From a virus (taxonomy: Duplodnaviria > Caudoviricetes), in the IMG/VR virus record IMGVR_UViG_3300037150_000246, positions 1 to 25,343 of that record: a stretch of 25,343 bases of DNA; one strand, written 5' to 3'. Below the pieces are notes generated by a model, which saw only the letters and a program-made list of their open reading frames with translations, searched no databases and had not been told where the DNA came from. Shown here piece after piece: positions 9,930-18,809 of the stretch (positions are counted from its first letter, which is position 1; the number at the start of each line of letters is the position of its first letter). Position numbers and translations under genes: made by a program.

Positions 9930-10649
9930 TCAACCCACCGTCACACCACTATTGATGCCGCGGGATTTTTCAACGACCTCTTTGTTGTTAAGACCCGGGG
10001 GCCGCCGTACCGGGGACAACACTTTGCGCGGTCGCCCACCGCACTTGATGCCGTTTTGCCGCTTACGCAGCTCGCGACTTACCGCTTTTTGACGCTGAAG
10101 TTCTTTGGCTTCTAATGAGTGTCGATGTCCCAAAGCGTTTTTGTTGCCGAGCTTACTCTGACCAGCCTTGTCTCTAGACGCCTCGGACCACGCTCGCCCT
10201 CTCGGTGAAGGCGGTACAGCATTACGTGCTATACTAGCCGCACGAATCTTCAACAGTGCCGCAGGCGTATGCTTATAGCCAAGTCCATTCTTATTACCAC
10301 GCAACTTCAAGCTCATATCAGGACGCGACACGCCAACCGTAGCCACGATCTTTGCTGACCTAGCAACACTGTATTGCCAACCTGATACAATACGCATGCC
10401 GTTCGCTTTACGCGTCATGGACCACAAAGCAAATTGCATCTTACGCTTCTGATCACCGACGAACGGAAACTTTGTTAGCAGCCAATGCGCCAAAAAGTGC
10501 TCACGATAAGTCAACCTGACAATGTTTGACTTATCGTTAGCCCCGCCAAGCGCGCGCGGCACGATGTGGTGACGCTCGCAGTAGTCAACCAGATCACGCC
10601 CGCCTGCGCGAACCATGATCTGGTTGTACCATTTTTCGTATTTGTTCAT
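9930..10649 (-). CDS. Free-standing HNH homing endonuclease with NUMOD3-like DNA-binding repeats
   Basis: ERHHIVPRALGGAND.SNIV.LT.REHF.AH.LL; repeats GNKNGLGYKHT and GNKNALGHRHS. Confidence 0.9.
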   Translation of the reverse strand: MNKYEKWYNQIMVRAGGRDLVDYCERHHIVPRALGGANDKSNIVRLTYREHFLAHWLLTKFPFVGDQKRKMQFALWSMTRKANGMRIVSGWQYSVARSAKIVATVGVSRPDMSLKLRGNKNGLGYKHTPAALLKIRAASIARNAVPPSPRGRAWSEASRDKAGQSKLGNKNALGHRHSLEAKELQRQKAVSRELRKRQNGIKCGGRPRKVLSPVRRPPGLNNKEVVEKSRGINSGVTVG

Positions 10650-10655
10650 GCTCTA

Positions 10656-10699
10656 CTTATAGCACGAAATCTCGGTGAAGGTCAAGCTAAGTGCTTGAC
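10656..10699 (-). promoter_or_regulatory. Putative sigma70-type promoter for a leaderless HNH transcript, overlapping a 7-bp inverted repeat
   Basis: TTGACC (10685-10680)-N18-TATAAG (10661-10656)-6 nt-ATG, no SD. GTCAAGC-N5-GCTTGAC at 10681-10699. Confidence 0.5.
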
Positions 10700-10700
10700 A

Positions 10701-12413
10701 TTACGCACCATAATTTAAATATGCACCTCGAAAATCGACGGCCCCAACTCCGAAATCGTGTTCTAAGGATATTTTCACGCCCTGAACACCGAATGGCTCG
10801 AAGGTCCGCACGCGCGGGCCGTTGGCGCCATTCAGGAAGCCGTAGATGAAGTTCGGCACACGAGACGGCTCAGAGAACAGGTACCACTGAGTGCCCGTGA
10901 TGTTCGCGTCCGACACCGAGCGCAGGCGCCCGGAGAACGGGTTGACCGATGTGGTCAACGTCGGTGTGATTGCCGTCACCATCTGATCAGCAACAGTCTC
11001 AGTTGCCGGACCAGAGAGGATCAGGCTAGGACCGACGTTCAAGAAGTTGCCCGAAAGCGACTTCATTTGACGCAGTGCCTGACGTGCAGTGCCGATCGTA
11101 GAAATGCCCGGGACTGCTCCGCTGCCTGAAGCGAGGTAGTTGCCGTGTCCGCCCGACGCCACCGACGTCGCGTTGAACACGTTCAAGCCGTCCTGGTTCA
11201 ACACCGGTCCAACGCCGCTGTTCAATTGCAGCATTGTGAAGAAGGTGGTGTTTTCGAAGATCAGCACGGTGTCGCCGGCGGAGCCGAGGATTTGGTCGAT
11301 GGCTCCGAGGTCGTCGTTGACCAGCATCTGACGGGAGATCGTGAAGATCACGCCGTATGGGCTGACGCTGATGTACTCGCCGCTGTCGACACTGGCTCCG
11401 TACTTCAGTTCGCCAGTCTCAGAAACCGGCTGCAACACCGGAAATTCACCCGCGCGGATTTGCGGATGCGGACGGAAGTCGGCAAACGGGCGTTCGACGG
11501 CCAGTTGACGATACGTCGGCATATGCAACTCATAGCGAGCGAGCAGCGACTTGTTGAGCACGTTCATAAAGATGTTCGGAAAGTCCGACGTGCTTTGGAA
11601 CGCGCGTTCGAAGATCAGGTTCGAGTCGGCAGCCGTCAGATAACGGCTGGAGTGACGCGGACGATAGTCGACGCACTCTGCGGCGATGTCCACGAGCCCA
11701 CGACCGAGATACGTCTCCGCGTGCTTGCGGTGCTTCTCGACGCGCGCTGCTTCGATCTTGTCCTTCGGCTTGTACTCGACGCGCGAACCGTGCCCGCCAG
11801 AGTTCAGAACGCGCTGGATCAAAGCGATTTCCATCGCATCGTTCCTGTCTGCGCGCTCGTCGTTGATCACGTCCACAGAAGCACCTCCGTTGATCGAAGA
11901 CTTCGGACCTTTCTCATCCGACTTCTTGGCCAGTTCAGCAAACACCGCCGTACGCATGGCGGCAACCGACTGGCCCTTCTTGATGAACGCCGACATGTCC
12001 AACTCGACGCCGAGCTTACGTGCCTCGACCACGAACTGGCTCATCTCGATGACCTGAGACGGCTTCAGCGAACGCTTCTTGTCGTCGCCTTCCTCGTCGC
12101 AACGCTCGTCGTCATCGTCATCATCTTCGTCGTCATCATCCTTGTCTTCGTCGTCGTCAGTCTTGTCCTTGTCTTTGCGGGCAGCGGCCTTGCGAGCAGC
12201 CACCTTTTCGGCCGTGCGGGCTTCCTTGCGCTCTGCTGTCTCCAGCGCACGCAGTTCTTTTTCCGCCACGAGAACTTTTGCAACGATCTCGGCATGCGAT
12301 GCCTCAATGGCCCGCACTTCTTCGGTAGTCGCCTCGGGCTTCACCTCGGCTAACTTTGCAGTAGCGGCCTGACGCAACGCATCCAGCTCCGCTTTCTTTG
12401 ACTTGCTATCCAT
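10701..12413 (-). CDS. Major capsid protein (Mu gpT-like, HK97 fold) with N-terminal scaffold-like domain
   Basis: AFQSTSDFP, ETGELKYG, YG.IF.ISRQMLVNDDLGA, HDFGVGAVDFRG. N-terminal coiled coil and Asp/Glu tract. SD AAGGAG before ATG 12413. Confidence 0.9.
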   Translation of the reverse strand: MDSKSKKAELDALRQAATAKLAEVKPEATTEEVRAIEASHAEIVAKVLVAEKELRALETAERKEARTAEKVAARKAAARKDKDKTDDDEDKDDDDEDDDDDDERCDEEGDDKKRSLKPSQVIEMSQFVVEARKLGVELDMSAFIKKGQSVAAMRTAVFAELAKKSDEKGPKSSINGGASVDVINDERADRNDAMEIALIQRVLNSGGHGSRVEYKPKDKIEAARVEKHRKHAETYLGRGLVDIAAECVDYRPRHSSRYLTAADSNLIFERAFQSTSDFPNIFMNVLNKSLLARYELHMPTYRQLAVERPFADFRPHPQIRAGEFPVLQPVSETGELKYGASVDSGEYISVSPYGVIFTISRQMLVNDDLGAIDQILGSAGDTVLIFENTTFFTMLQLNSGVGPVLNQDGLNVFNATSVASGGHGNYLASGSGAVPGISTIGTARQALRQMKSLSGNFLNVGPSLILSGPATETVADQMVTAITPTLTTSVNPFSGRLRSVSDANITGTQWYLFSEPSRVPNFIYGFLNGANGPRVRTFEPFGVQGVKISLEHDFGVGAVDFRGAYLNYGA

Positions 12414-12482
12414 GTGAAAAGCTCCTTTGGAATAGCGTTGAGCGCGCACGATTGCGCCAGAACCTCCTCCAAGAGGGCAGAG

Positions 12483-13154
12483 TTAAATTTTCTGATTGCG
12501 TCGGGCGATACGCTGGCGAGCCAGCATCCGACCGACGGCGTCTGCGTGAGGCGAACCAAAGATCGTGGCAACGGGCCACGCTACCTCACCGAGCTTTCTA
12601 ATAGCTGCGGTGGCGTCCGCCGGCACTCCAGTTAGGCTACATTCAAGAAGCTCCCATCGCACAGCTTCAAAATTGTATTCTTCATCCATGCGCATACGGT
12701 CGACCTCAGGGTCGAACTCGTCGCCGTCCTCGTCGGTGATGCGCCACTCTTCGACGCGGTAGCCGGCACTAACGCCGCCAATCTCTCGACGCGCCACCAT
12801 GCCCTCCGCTTTCCGGCCTTCCGGCGTAGCAGTGAACTGCAGTCTTCCGATCAGCGCCTTGTCGTCGAACCAAATCTTATTGATGCGACCGAGCACGTTG
12901 TTGATTGAGGCCTGCTGGTGCGAATCCAGCACGGGGATGCCGGGACTGTCGAGGCGTGTAGTAATCACGCTCTTCGGATGAATGCGCAACGTCTCTGTAC
13001 CGTAGAAGCGCTTGACCGGCACGCCACGGCTGATGACTGTTTCGACCGAATGGGTCTTCGCATCGTAGCTGGCAGCCGTCAAATCGGCGACACGCGTCTC
13101 GATCATACCGGGATGCCATCCCTTCAGACCATTAAAATCTGCCTTGTCAGTCAT
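12483..13154 (-). CDS. HK97-family prohead maturation protease
   Basis: PVLDSHQ (His), GVSAGY (Ser), WELLECSLTGVPAD; lies between portal and capsid. Likely start ATG 13154 (MTDKADF). Confidence 0.88.
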   Translation of the reverse strand: MTDKADFNGLKGWHPGMIETRVADLTAASYDAKTHSVETVISRGVPVKRFYGTETLRIHPKSVITTRLDSPGIPVLDSHQQASINNVLGRINKIWFDDKALIGRLQFTATPEGRKAEGMVARREIGGVSAGYRVEEWRITDEDGDEFDPEVDRMRMDEEYNFEAVRWELLECSLTGVPADATAAIRKLGEVAWPVATIFGSPHADAVGRMLARQRIARRNQKI

Positions 13155-13362
13155 TTTGAAACCTCTCTGGGTCGTGGTCCTGGCTCGCGCCGCTGGTTGC
13201 GTCGCGCATCTTGTAATAAACAAGTCGATCGCCGCTGTGATGCTTCACCGCCTCCTTCATCGCGGCATGCGAAGCCTTCGCAACCTTAACTTCTTTCAGA
13301 GCTGCTCCGAACGTGAATTCTGCCTCTTCCTGGTACAAAACGAAACGGGATTGTTTAGCCAT
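13147..13362 (-). CDS. Small protein whose C-terminus repeats the ART N-terminal peptide (LVYYKMRDATSGASQDHDP)
   Basis: 71 aa; overlaps the ART stop and the protease start; contains one copy of the 59-bp repeat in the same reading frame as the ART copy. Confidence 0.55.
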   Translation of the reverse strand: MAKQSRFVLYQEEAEFTFGAALKEVKVAKASHAAMKEAVKHHSGDRLVYYKMRDATSGASQDHDPERFQND

Positions 13363-14104
13363 CGGCGTACGTCCCGCTCATATGAAGAATTTTCTTGCCG
13401 TGGTGTGCCTCTACCCACTCCACTTTTTCAACTTTGAATGTCCCCGGGGCGAGCAGTTGCTCTTTCTGCGAACCGCCCCTTCCCCCCTGATCTGCAACGG
13501 GGCGCATGTCAACAGAGTGGTTACCCTTCGGAACCAATATGTTCAGAATAACGGGGCTTGGCTGGCCACCCAAATAGTCCTGTGCCGTTTTTTCATCAAG
13601 CGACGTCGACTGGAACCCACTCATCGGCACCGTCTTACCAACCATCGCATCCGCGTTCTTATTCAGCTCACGCGAGAGATTGCACTGAGCTATCCCACGA
13701 AACACATGCTCATCAGCGGCCAAAGGACTTTTTTTAATAGCAGAATTGATCAGGTCGATTGACGCGTCCAACTTTGCTAGTTCGTCCGCGGTCAACGCCG
13801 TCTTCTTATAGTGGACGTTATGATAAATGGGCCCCTTTCGGCCATTGCGGTAGTAAGGGTTTAGCCGCGCTGCAGCAGCAAGTGCACTCTCGTCAGCGTA
13901 ATGGCCAAGCGCCTGCTTTTCTTCCTTAGTGTAGGATGTCGAAGTCGAAGCCAGATCGGCTCCTATCGCGCCCTTCTTGCCCTCCGGGCCGATAGCGCCC
14001 TGGTCGCCTACGCTGCCACCACCGCTGCCAACAAACTGGCCGGTGTCTGGGTCGTGGTCCTGGCTCGCGCCGCTGGTTGCATCACGCACCTTGTAATAAA
14101 CAAG
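13166..14104. repeat. 59-bp direct repeat pair (13166-13224 and 14046-14104; 56/59 identical; 880 bp apart)
   Basis: tctgggtcgtggtcctggctcgcgccgctggttgc(g/a)tc(g/a)cgca(t/c)cttgtaataaacaag. Confidence 0.95.
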
Positions 14105-14140
14105 ACCGCGCGTTGCACGCCACCAATACTCAGTCACCAC
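13355..14140 (-). CDS. R-S-E clade mono-ADP-ribosyltransferase (VIP2/C3/Alt-like)
   Basis: LNPYYR, VFRG (Arg), GFQSTS (STS), ILNILVPKG, SQKEQLL (QxE). Likely GTG start at 14140 or 14137 overlapping the portal stop. Confidence 0.85.
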   Translation of the reverse strand: MVTEYWWRATRGLVYYKVRDATSGASQDHDPDTGQFVGSGGGSVGDQGAIGPEGKKGAIGADLASTSTSYTKEEKQALGHYADESALAAAARLNPYYRNGRKGPIYHNVHYKKTALTADELAKLDASIDLINSAIKKSPLAADEHVFRGIAQCNLSRELNKNADAMVGKTVPMSGFQSTSLDEKTAQDYLGGQPSPVILNILVPKGNHSVDMRPVADQGGRGGSQKEQLLAPGTFKVEKVEWVEAHHGKKILHMSGTYADG

Positions 14141-15785
14141 CTTTGTCGTCGTCCTTCTCGTCGACGCCTCCGATGACTGGATTTCCATCTTCATCGGTCG
14201 CATCCCCGTCCGAGGGTTTGGTCGGTTGCCGTCCGTGTTGGTCGACGCGACTGACGTCGATGTCGAGCACGACTTCCAGCTCGTGGGCCTTCTTAAAGAA
14301 GTCGGAGAAGTCTTTTAGGTCTTGTCGCCAGTTGCCGCCGCGGGCTGCGATGTAAGCTTGCGGCGTGACGCGGCCAGCGCGCACCTCGTTCTTCTCGGCA
14401 TCGGCGTCCTTCTTAGGATCGATGTATTCAACCGCCGGCACGACCCAGTCGCAAGGATAGTGCCCGGCCTTCAGGGCGCCGGAGAGAATGGCGCGAGAGA
14501 TGAAGCGGTCCCACACAGGCTTGCAGAGCTTCGGAATAACCGTGTGCTGCTGCAACTGCTTCACCAGGCGCCAAAAGTCTAACTTGCCTGCGCGAAGAGA
14601 AGAGTAGTTTGCCTGCCTAAGGTCGCCGGTTATCTGATCATACGTGCAACCGATGCCGGCCGCCATCGCCTGCAAATTGAAAATCATCATCGGCTCGACC
14701 TGCGTCGTACTTGTCGGCTGCGCGAACACAATATCTTGACCCGCGCGAAGCGACTTCACCATACCAGGTTCGAGCGTCGAAGAAAGAGCGTTGGGGTTAG
14801 CCCAGTCCATCGTCTGCATCATACTCTGCTGCGTCGCATCAAACATGTTGGTGGTGGGGATATCACTGGTATCATCATTCTTAATGAAAGCGGCGAAGCA
14901 CGCCTCAACCCTGGCCTTCACGTTCACCGCATCCATAAAGTCGCTGAAGTCTCGACCCGTCGTAAGGATCGGCGCCATCCAAGGAACGCCACGCACCTGC
15001 CCTGGGCGAAGCACCTTGAACATATGGATCAGGTGCTCTTGCCCGATGAAGTCTGAAATATAAGGCAGCTGCCAGATAGTATTCAGTTCGCCAGGGTGGT
15101 TGCGGAACAACCAAAGACCGACGAAGCGGTCGTACTGGCCAAGACCAACACCGAGGCGCGAACGCGTAAGCTTCTTCGCTGCGTTGCGCTCCTCCTTGCC
15201 GATGTCGACCTGCCCCTGGTCACCGTAGATGCCGTCGCGGAACTGATCGATGTAGTCGGACTCGAGCAGCTGCAAGTAGGTTGGCACTGGGGTCTTCGCG
15301 CCGGGAACGTCGAGCATCTCCTGATCAACAAGTCGAATGACAACCTCTCCGCTCTCGATCATGCTGCGCACTGCAAGCGCCTGCATGGCGTAGAAGTTCA
15401 TCATCCCCGTGATGTCGCAATCGTGCGCCCAGTCTTCCCAAAGCTGGTTCACTTTGTTGTCGACTGAATCCTTACCCGTCGAGCTAACCGGAATAATGCC
15501 AGTACCAACTGTATGCGCAGTAAGAATATCAAGCATACGAGCAGCGTGTGGCGTATTGCGCGCCAGATCACGAGAACGATCACGGAGAGGGCGGATCGCA
15601 TACATGAGTTCGCTATTTTCGCTGGTATGCAATGCTTTCCAGCTAGATGCGCGTCGCCCAATTGCCGCTCCTTCATAAATCCTTTGTGCCATACGCAGAC
15701 GTTGACGTCTCAGTCCCGCAGCCGGGTTAAAGAAACCCACAGTCCTATCCACGACGTTGCCGCGTGACTTACTCATGCTGCCCAC
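14130..15785 (-). CDS. Portal protein, lambda family
   Basis: YEGA..GRR, LRDRSRDL.RN, RPGQVRGVPW.AP, TGDL.Q.NYSS.RAG, IDP.KD. Confidence 0.95.
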   Translation of the reverse strand: MGSMSKSRGNVVDRTVGFFNPAAGLRRQRLRMAQRIYEGAAIGRRASSWKALHTSENSELMYAIRPLRDRSRDLARNTPHAARMLDILTAHTVGTGIIPVSSTGKDSVDNKVNQLWEDWAHDCDITGMMNFYAMQALAVRSMIESGEVVIRLVDQEMLDVPGAKTPVPTYLQLLESDYIDQFRDGIYGDQGQVDIGKEERNAAKKLTRSRLGVGLGQYDRFVGLWLFRNHPGELNTIWQLPYISDFIGQEHLIHMFKVLRPGQVRGVPWMAPILTTGRDFSDFMDAVNVKARVEACFAAFIKNDDTSDIPTTNMFDATQQSMMQTMDWANPNALSSTLEPGMVKSLRAGQDIVFAQPTSTTQVEPMMIFNLQAMAAGIGCTYDQITGDLRQANYSSLRAGKLDFWRLVKQLQQHTVIPKLCKPVWDRFISRAILSGALKAGHYPCDWVVPAVEYIDPKKDADAEKNEVRAGRVTPQAYIAARGGNWRQDLKDFSDFFKKAHELEVVLDIDVSRVDQHGRQPTKPSDGDATDEDGNPVIGGVDEKDDDKGGD

Positions 15786-16165
15786 CGCCGATAGTTTGCT
15801 GCACTGAGATTTGCTTTGTGCGCCGCAGTAAATGGCGCACGAGACACGCCCGTCTTGGTGGCAGCAATGCGCTGCTTCACATCTTCCGAGCGTGGAATAC
15901 CGAGGTGTGCTTCGCGCAAATTATCGCCGCATACAGTAATCTTGATGTTGCCGACTTCGTACGCACCTAGATCACCGGGACGAGCCATCACATACTGACC
16001 TCTTTTACGCCCGCGCTCTTCCAAATGCCCTGAGGCTGCCCAAACATTCAACCACTGATCAAACGTCAACCGAAAGGGTATCCCGCGAACACGCGCAGCG
16101 TAGCCTTGGTTTTTCCAAGCCCGACGAAGCTTTGACTGTGGACGTGTTGGATATCCCATTACCAA
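15773..16165 (-). CDS. HNH-like homing endonuclease
   Basis: A..RGIPF.LTF.QW...W, QYVMAR.GD.G.YEVGNI.I....N..E; NUMOD3-like tail (SEDVKQRI, TAAHKANLS). Confidence 0.75.
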   Translation of the reverse strand: MVMGYPTRPQSKLRRAWKNQGYAARVRGIPFRLTFDQWLNVWAASGHLEERGRKRGQYVMARPGDLGAYEVGNIKITVCGDNLREAHLGIPRSEDVKQRIAATKTGVSRAPFTAAHKANLSAANYRRWAA

Positions 16166-16401
16166 CCCGAATATAATTCACTGTCGTCGTCGGTCATCAT
16201 GCCACCGTAACCACGGTCGTGTGACATGACATAGGTGTTATCGGTTCCAAGCATGCCGAGGGATCTCATGATGATCGAGCGCACACGAAGCATCTCATCG
16301 AGCGATCCGAAAGTAGTTGATTTTCCTTCAAAGCTTACGGAGCGTGTACCAGACGCAATCGCGTTTTCTAAGTTGCTCAACTGATTCTGGGTGAAGGCCA
16401 T
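16159..16401 (-). CDS. gpW-like head-to-tail joining protein
   Basis: MAFTQ.QL..LE.AIASG...V.F.GK...F.SL.EM; located just upstream of the portal. Confidence 0.85.
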   Translation of the reverse strand: MAFTQNQLSNLENAIASGTRSVSFEGKSTTFGSLDEMLRVRSIIMRSLGMLGTDNTYVMSHDRGYGGMMTDDDSELYSGW

Positions 16402-16403
16402 TT

Positions 16404-16610
16404 CTATTCATCCTTCTTGAATTTGAATGCACGACGAGCCGCGGCGGTTGCGCGCTCATCGCGCGTCGCGCGAAACTCAATCTTGCCGTCATTGATTCGG
16501 AACTCTAGTTGATGAACAAGATGGCAATCGCAGCACATCTCTTTGAAGCCGCGCTTACGCGGGCGCAGCCACTCGCCGTCGGCCATGACGTGATAGCGAA
16601 CTCGCGCCAT
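16404..16610 (-). CDS. Small Cys/His (putative zinc-binding) phage protein
   Basis: 68 aa with CCDCHLVH; tightly spaced in the operon. Confidence 0.65.
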   Translation of the reverse strand: MARVRYHVMADGEWLRPRKRGFKEMCCDCHLVHQLEFRINDGKIEFRATRDERATAAARRAFKFKKDE

Positions 16611-16619
16611 GGCACGCCC

Positions 16620-17750
16620 TCAATCAAGACCAAGCCCAAGCTCTCTGTTGGTGCGCTGACCGCCCCAGACAAACCAAGGATCGTGGTTAGCCGTACGTGG
16701 TTCATCAACCAGCACAGGCCACTGACAAGTGAAGCCGCGCTTTGAGTGAAGAAAGATCAGGCTCTGCGCCGGCTTCGAAGCTCTCACACGCAGCTGCAAG
16801 TGTGCATACGTGTTGTGGCCAATCAGGCAGGGGTTGACGTAGACAGGCGTCGCGTCGCCACGCGGCATGTAAAAATGAAAGTGTCCGATGACAAGCGTGT
16901 CGAAGTCTTTGCCAATCGATCGCTGCTGCGCACCGAGCTTCATCGTCCCTCGTGAAATGGGCCCGAGCTTGCCAATCAACGAGTCGCCGCCGGTCACGCC
17001 TAACGTGTCTCCGTGCGTCACCATGAACTTGTGACCAAAGACCGAGAAGAACGCGTCCACCGCGTTTGGCACGTAGACCTTGACGCGGGCGTCGTCGCGA
17101 AAATACTTCTCGACGTTACAGTAGATCAGCCATTCCCAGCTCTCGTAAATCTTGTTGTTTAGCCGCGGCTTGATAGTCGAGCGCCCGTGGTTTCCGGGGA
17201 CGCAGACAACAGAAATGTGCTTGAACTTTTTTGCCCAAAACTTCAGCAGTCCAATGATGTAGTCCTGCACGTCCTGAATTGAAAACGTCAGAGGCCCATC
17301 GTTCGTGACAGTCAGGTCATCGTGCAAGCAGCCGGTTATAAAATCACCGAGCAACAACACGACCGCGCCAGGGTAGTTTGGGTTGGTCATGTGGTTGAAG
17401 CAGAGATCGTCTACAGCGTGAGCCAGGTTACGCACGCGGCGCTTCGCTATCTCGCGATTGAATTTATTCACGCCCCCGACTTGGTCGGGGTCGACCGTTT
17501 CGCCGATGTGCCAGTCGCCGAGAGTGATGATAGGGATGCCGGTGCTCGACTTGCCGGGTTCTTGATTGAGCCACTTCGGTGGATCGGGGCTGTACTCGGC
17601 GAGGCCAAAAATCTCTTTTCGTACACGCTCCGCGCTCTCGTTCTCCATCGCACGGCGCCGCAGGTCGCGCTCTAGGATGTTTAGCTTGACGTTCTTTTGG
17701 CGAATGACCTCACGAGCTTCTGAAAGTTCTTGCGCCAGCGTTGTGGCCAT
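16620..17750 (-). CDS. Calcineurin-like metallophosphoesterase with N-terminal coiled coil
   Basis: GDWHIGE, LLGDF, PGNHGR, THGD, GHFH motifs. Likely start ATG 17750 (TGATG coupling to the upstream stop). Confidence 0.85.
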   Translation of the reverse strand: MATTLAQELSEAREVIRQKNVKLNILERDLRRRAMENESAERVRKEIFGLAEYSPDPPKWLNQEPGKSSTGIPIITLGDWHIGETVDPDQVGGVNKFNREIAKRRVRNLAHAVDDLCFNHMTNPNYPGAVVLLLGDFITGCLHDDLTVTNDGPLTFSIQDVQDYIIGLLKFWAKKFKHISVVCVPGNHGRSTIKPRLNNKIYESWEWLIYCNVEKYFRDDARVKVYVPNAVDAFFSVFGHKFMVTHGDTLGVTGGDSLIGKLGPISRGTMKLGAQQRSIGKDFDTLVIGHFHFYMPRGDATPVYVNPCLIGHNTYAHLQLRVRASKPAQSLIFLHSKRGFTCQWPVLVDEPRTANHDPWFVWGGQRTNRELGLGLD

Positions 17751-18069
17751 CAGAGTACCTTGTGGGTATCGCGCCAACGTTGTGCCGCAACCGCGCGACA
17801 CTGTCGGCACAGACGACCACTGCGGCCATCTTTCCTACGATAAGTGTTCCCCTCAGTATACGTATGTCCGTGTTTACAAGCAGGAGCCAAAGGCCGAAAT
17901 ACTTGTGCCGCCTCCGTCGCCAACAATCTTGTTGCTGTAGACACTCGGCGCTTGCCCAGCCAGGGCTGCAACTGATTAAATACCTTACTTGCTTGACCGA
18001 TTCGCGACGTCTTCCAAGTGAAAACCCCCGTGCTGTTTGGCCCGTAAATAACGCCACACCGCACCTGGC

Positions 18070-18585
18070 CTAATGGCACATAGATACCAAGGCCCAAACT
18101 ACGACACCCACGAATGGGGCGGCGATGCCACAGATTGCACCCCATTTGAATTTCTTTGCATTGGCTTCGATAATGCGGAGATTGTCGGCAATCTGTTCTT
18201 GGATATGAACTGCGCGCTCGCCAAGACAGTCATGCAGTTTTTTGCCTGCAACTACATCTGATTCCCAATTTTCCGGCTCGCATCCCGGCAACCAGAATTT
18301 TACCGGCATTATGACCAGCAGGCACAATATCGCACCAAGCAAAAACATTCCGGCCGCTACACCAGCCCCAAACATAAGAGCCACATGGCCAGAGACATTC
18401 CACGCCGGATTTGCCAACGCGACAACGGCGGCCAGTAGAGCGGTGGCAGCAGCAGTAAACATGCCGGCGAGACCAGAAGCGCGCTGATCCGCCGATGTAG
18501 CTACCCGTAGCTGACCATCGAGATACGCTTCGCCGCCGCGAACAATCTCCTTGCTGAAAATGTCGTCTATCTTAGTAAAATCCAT
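18070..18585 (-). CDS. Three-TM membrane protein, Pycsar effector (PycTM/DUF5706)-like topology
   Basis: ADQRA followed by TM1 and TM2 ending in Pro, a soluble loop, QI..N..I...N.KK, then TM3. SD AGAGGA before ATG 18585. Confidence 0.5.
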   Translation of the reverse strand: MDFTKIDDIFSKEIVRGGEAYLDGQLRVATSADQRASGLAGMFTAAATALLAAVVALANPAWNVSGHVALMFGAGVAAGMFLLGAILCLLVIMPVKFWLPGCEPENWESDVVAGKKLHDCLGERAVHIQEQIADNLRIIEANAKKFKWGAICGIAAPFVGVVVWALVSMCH

Positions 18586-18809
18586 TGCCCATCCTCTAGG
18601 TAGCGACCACAACTATAGGGCAGAACGGCCAGCAAGGCTATTTGGCTTTTTTGTCCCTTGGGACTCTTCGCAGCTTTTCTTCTAGACTTCCCGATCTTCA
18701 TTCCTGAATGGGGCTTCGGAGGCGTGGCAAGCATCCGCTTAATCACCGCATCGCGGCGCAGACCGGTTTTTTGCACACTGTATTGGTCGGCTGCTCGGCT
18801 CTTGCTCAT
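18567..18809 (-). CDS. Small basic protein (RRDAVIKRMLATPPKPH)
   Basis: 80-aa Lys/Arg-rich ORF directly behind a promoter-like sequence inside the insertion. Confidence 0.55.
   Translation of the reverse strand: MSKSRAADQYSVQKTGLRRDAVIKRMLATPPKPHSGMKIGKSRRKAAKSPKGQKSQIALLAVLPYSCGRYLEDGQWILLR

Noticed and set aside
9638-10700. Idea that the HNH is encoded inside the intron
   Set aside because: The 5' splice site (9874/9873) is downstream of the HNH stop, so the HNH is free-standing.
11145-12372. Long plus-strand ORFs (402 aa and poly-Ser)
   Set aside because: Antisense to the capsid gene; poly-Ser mirrors the Asp/Glu tract.
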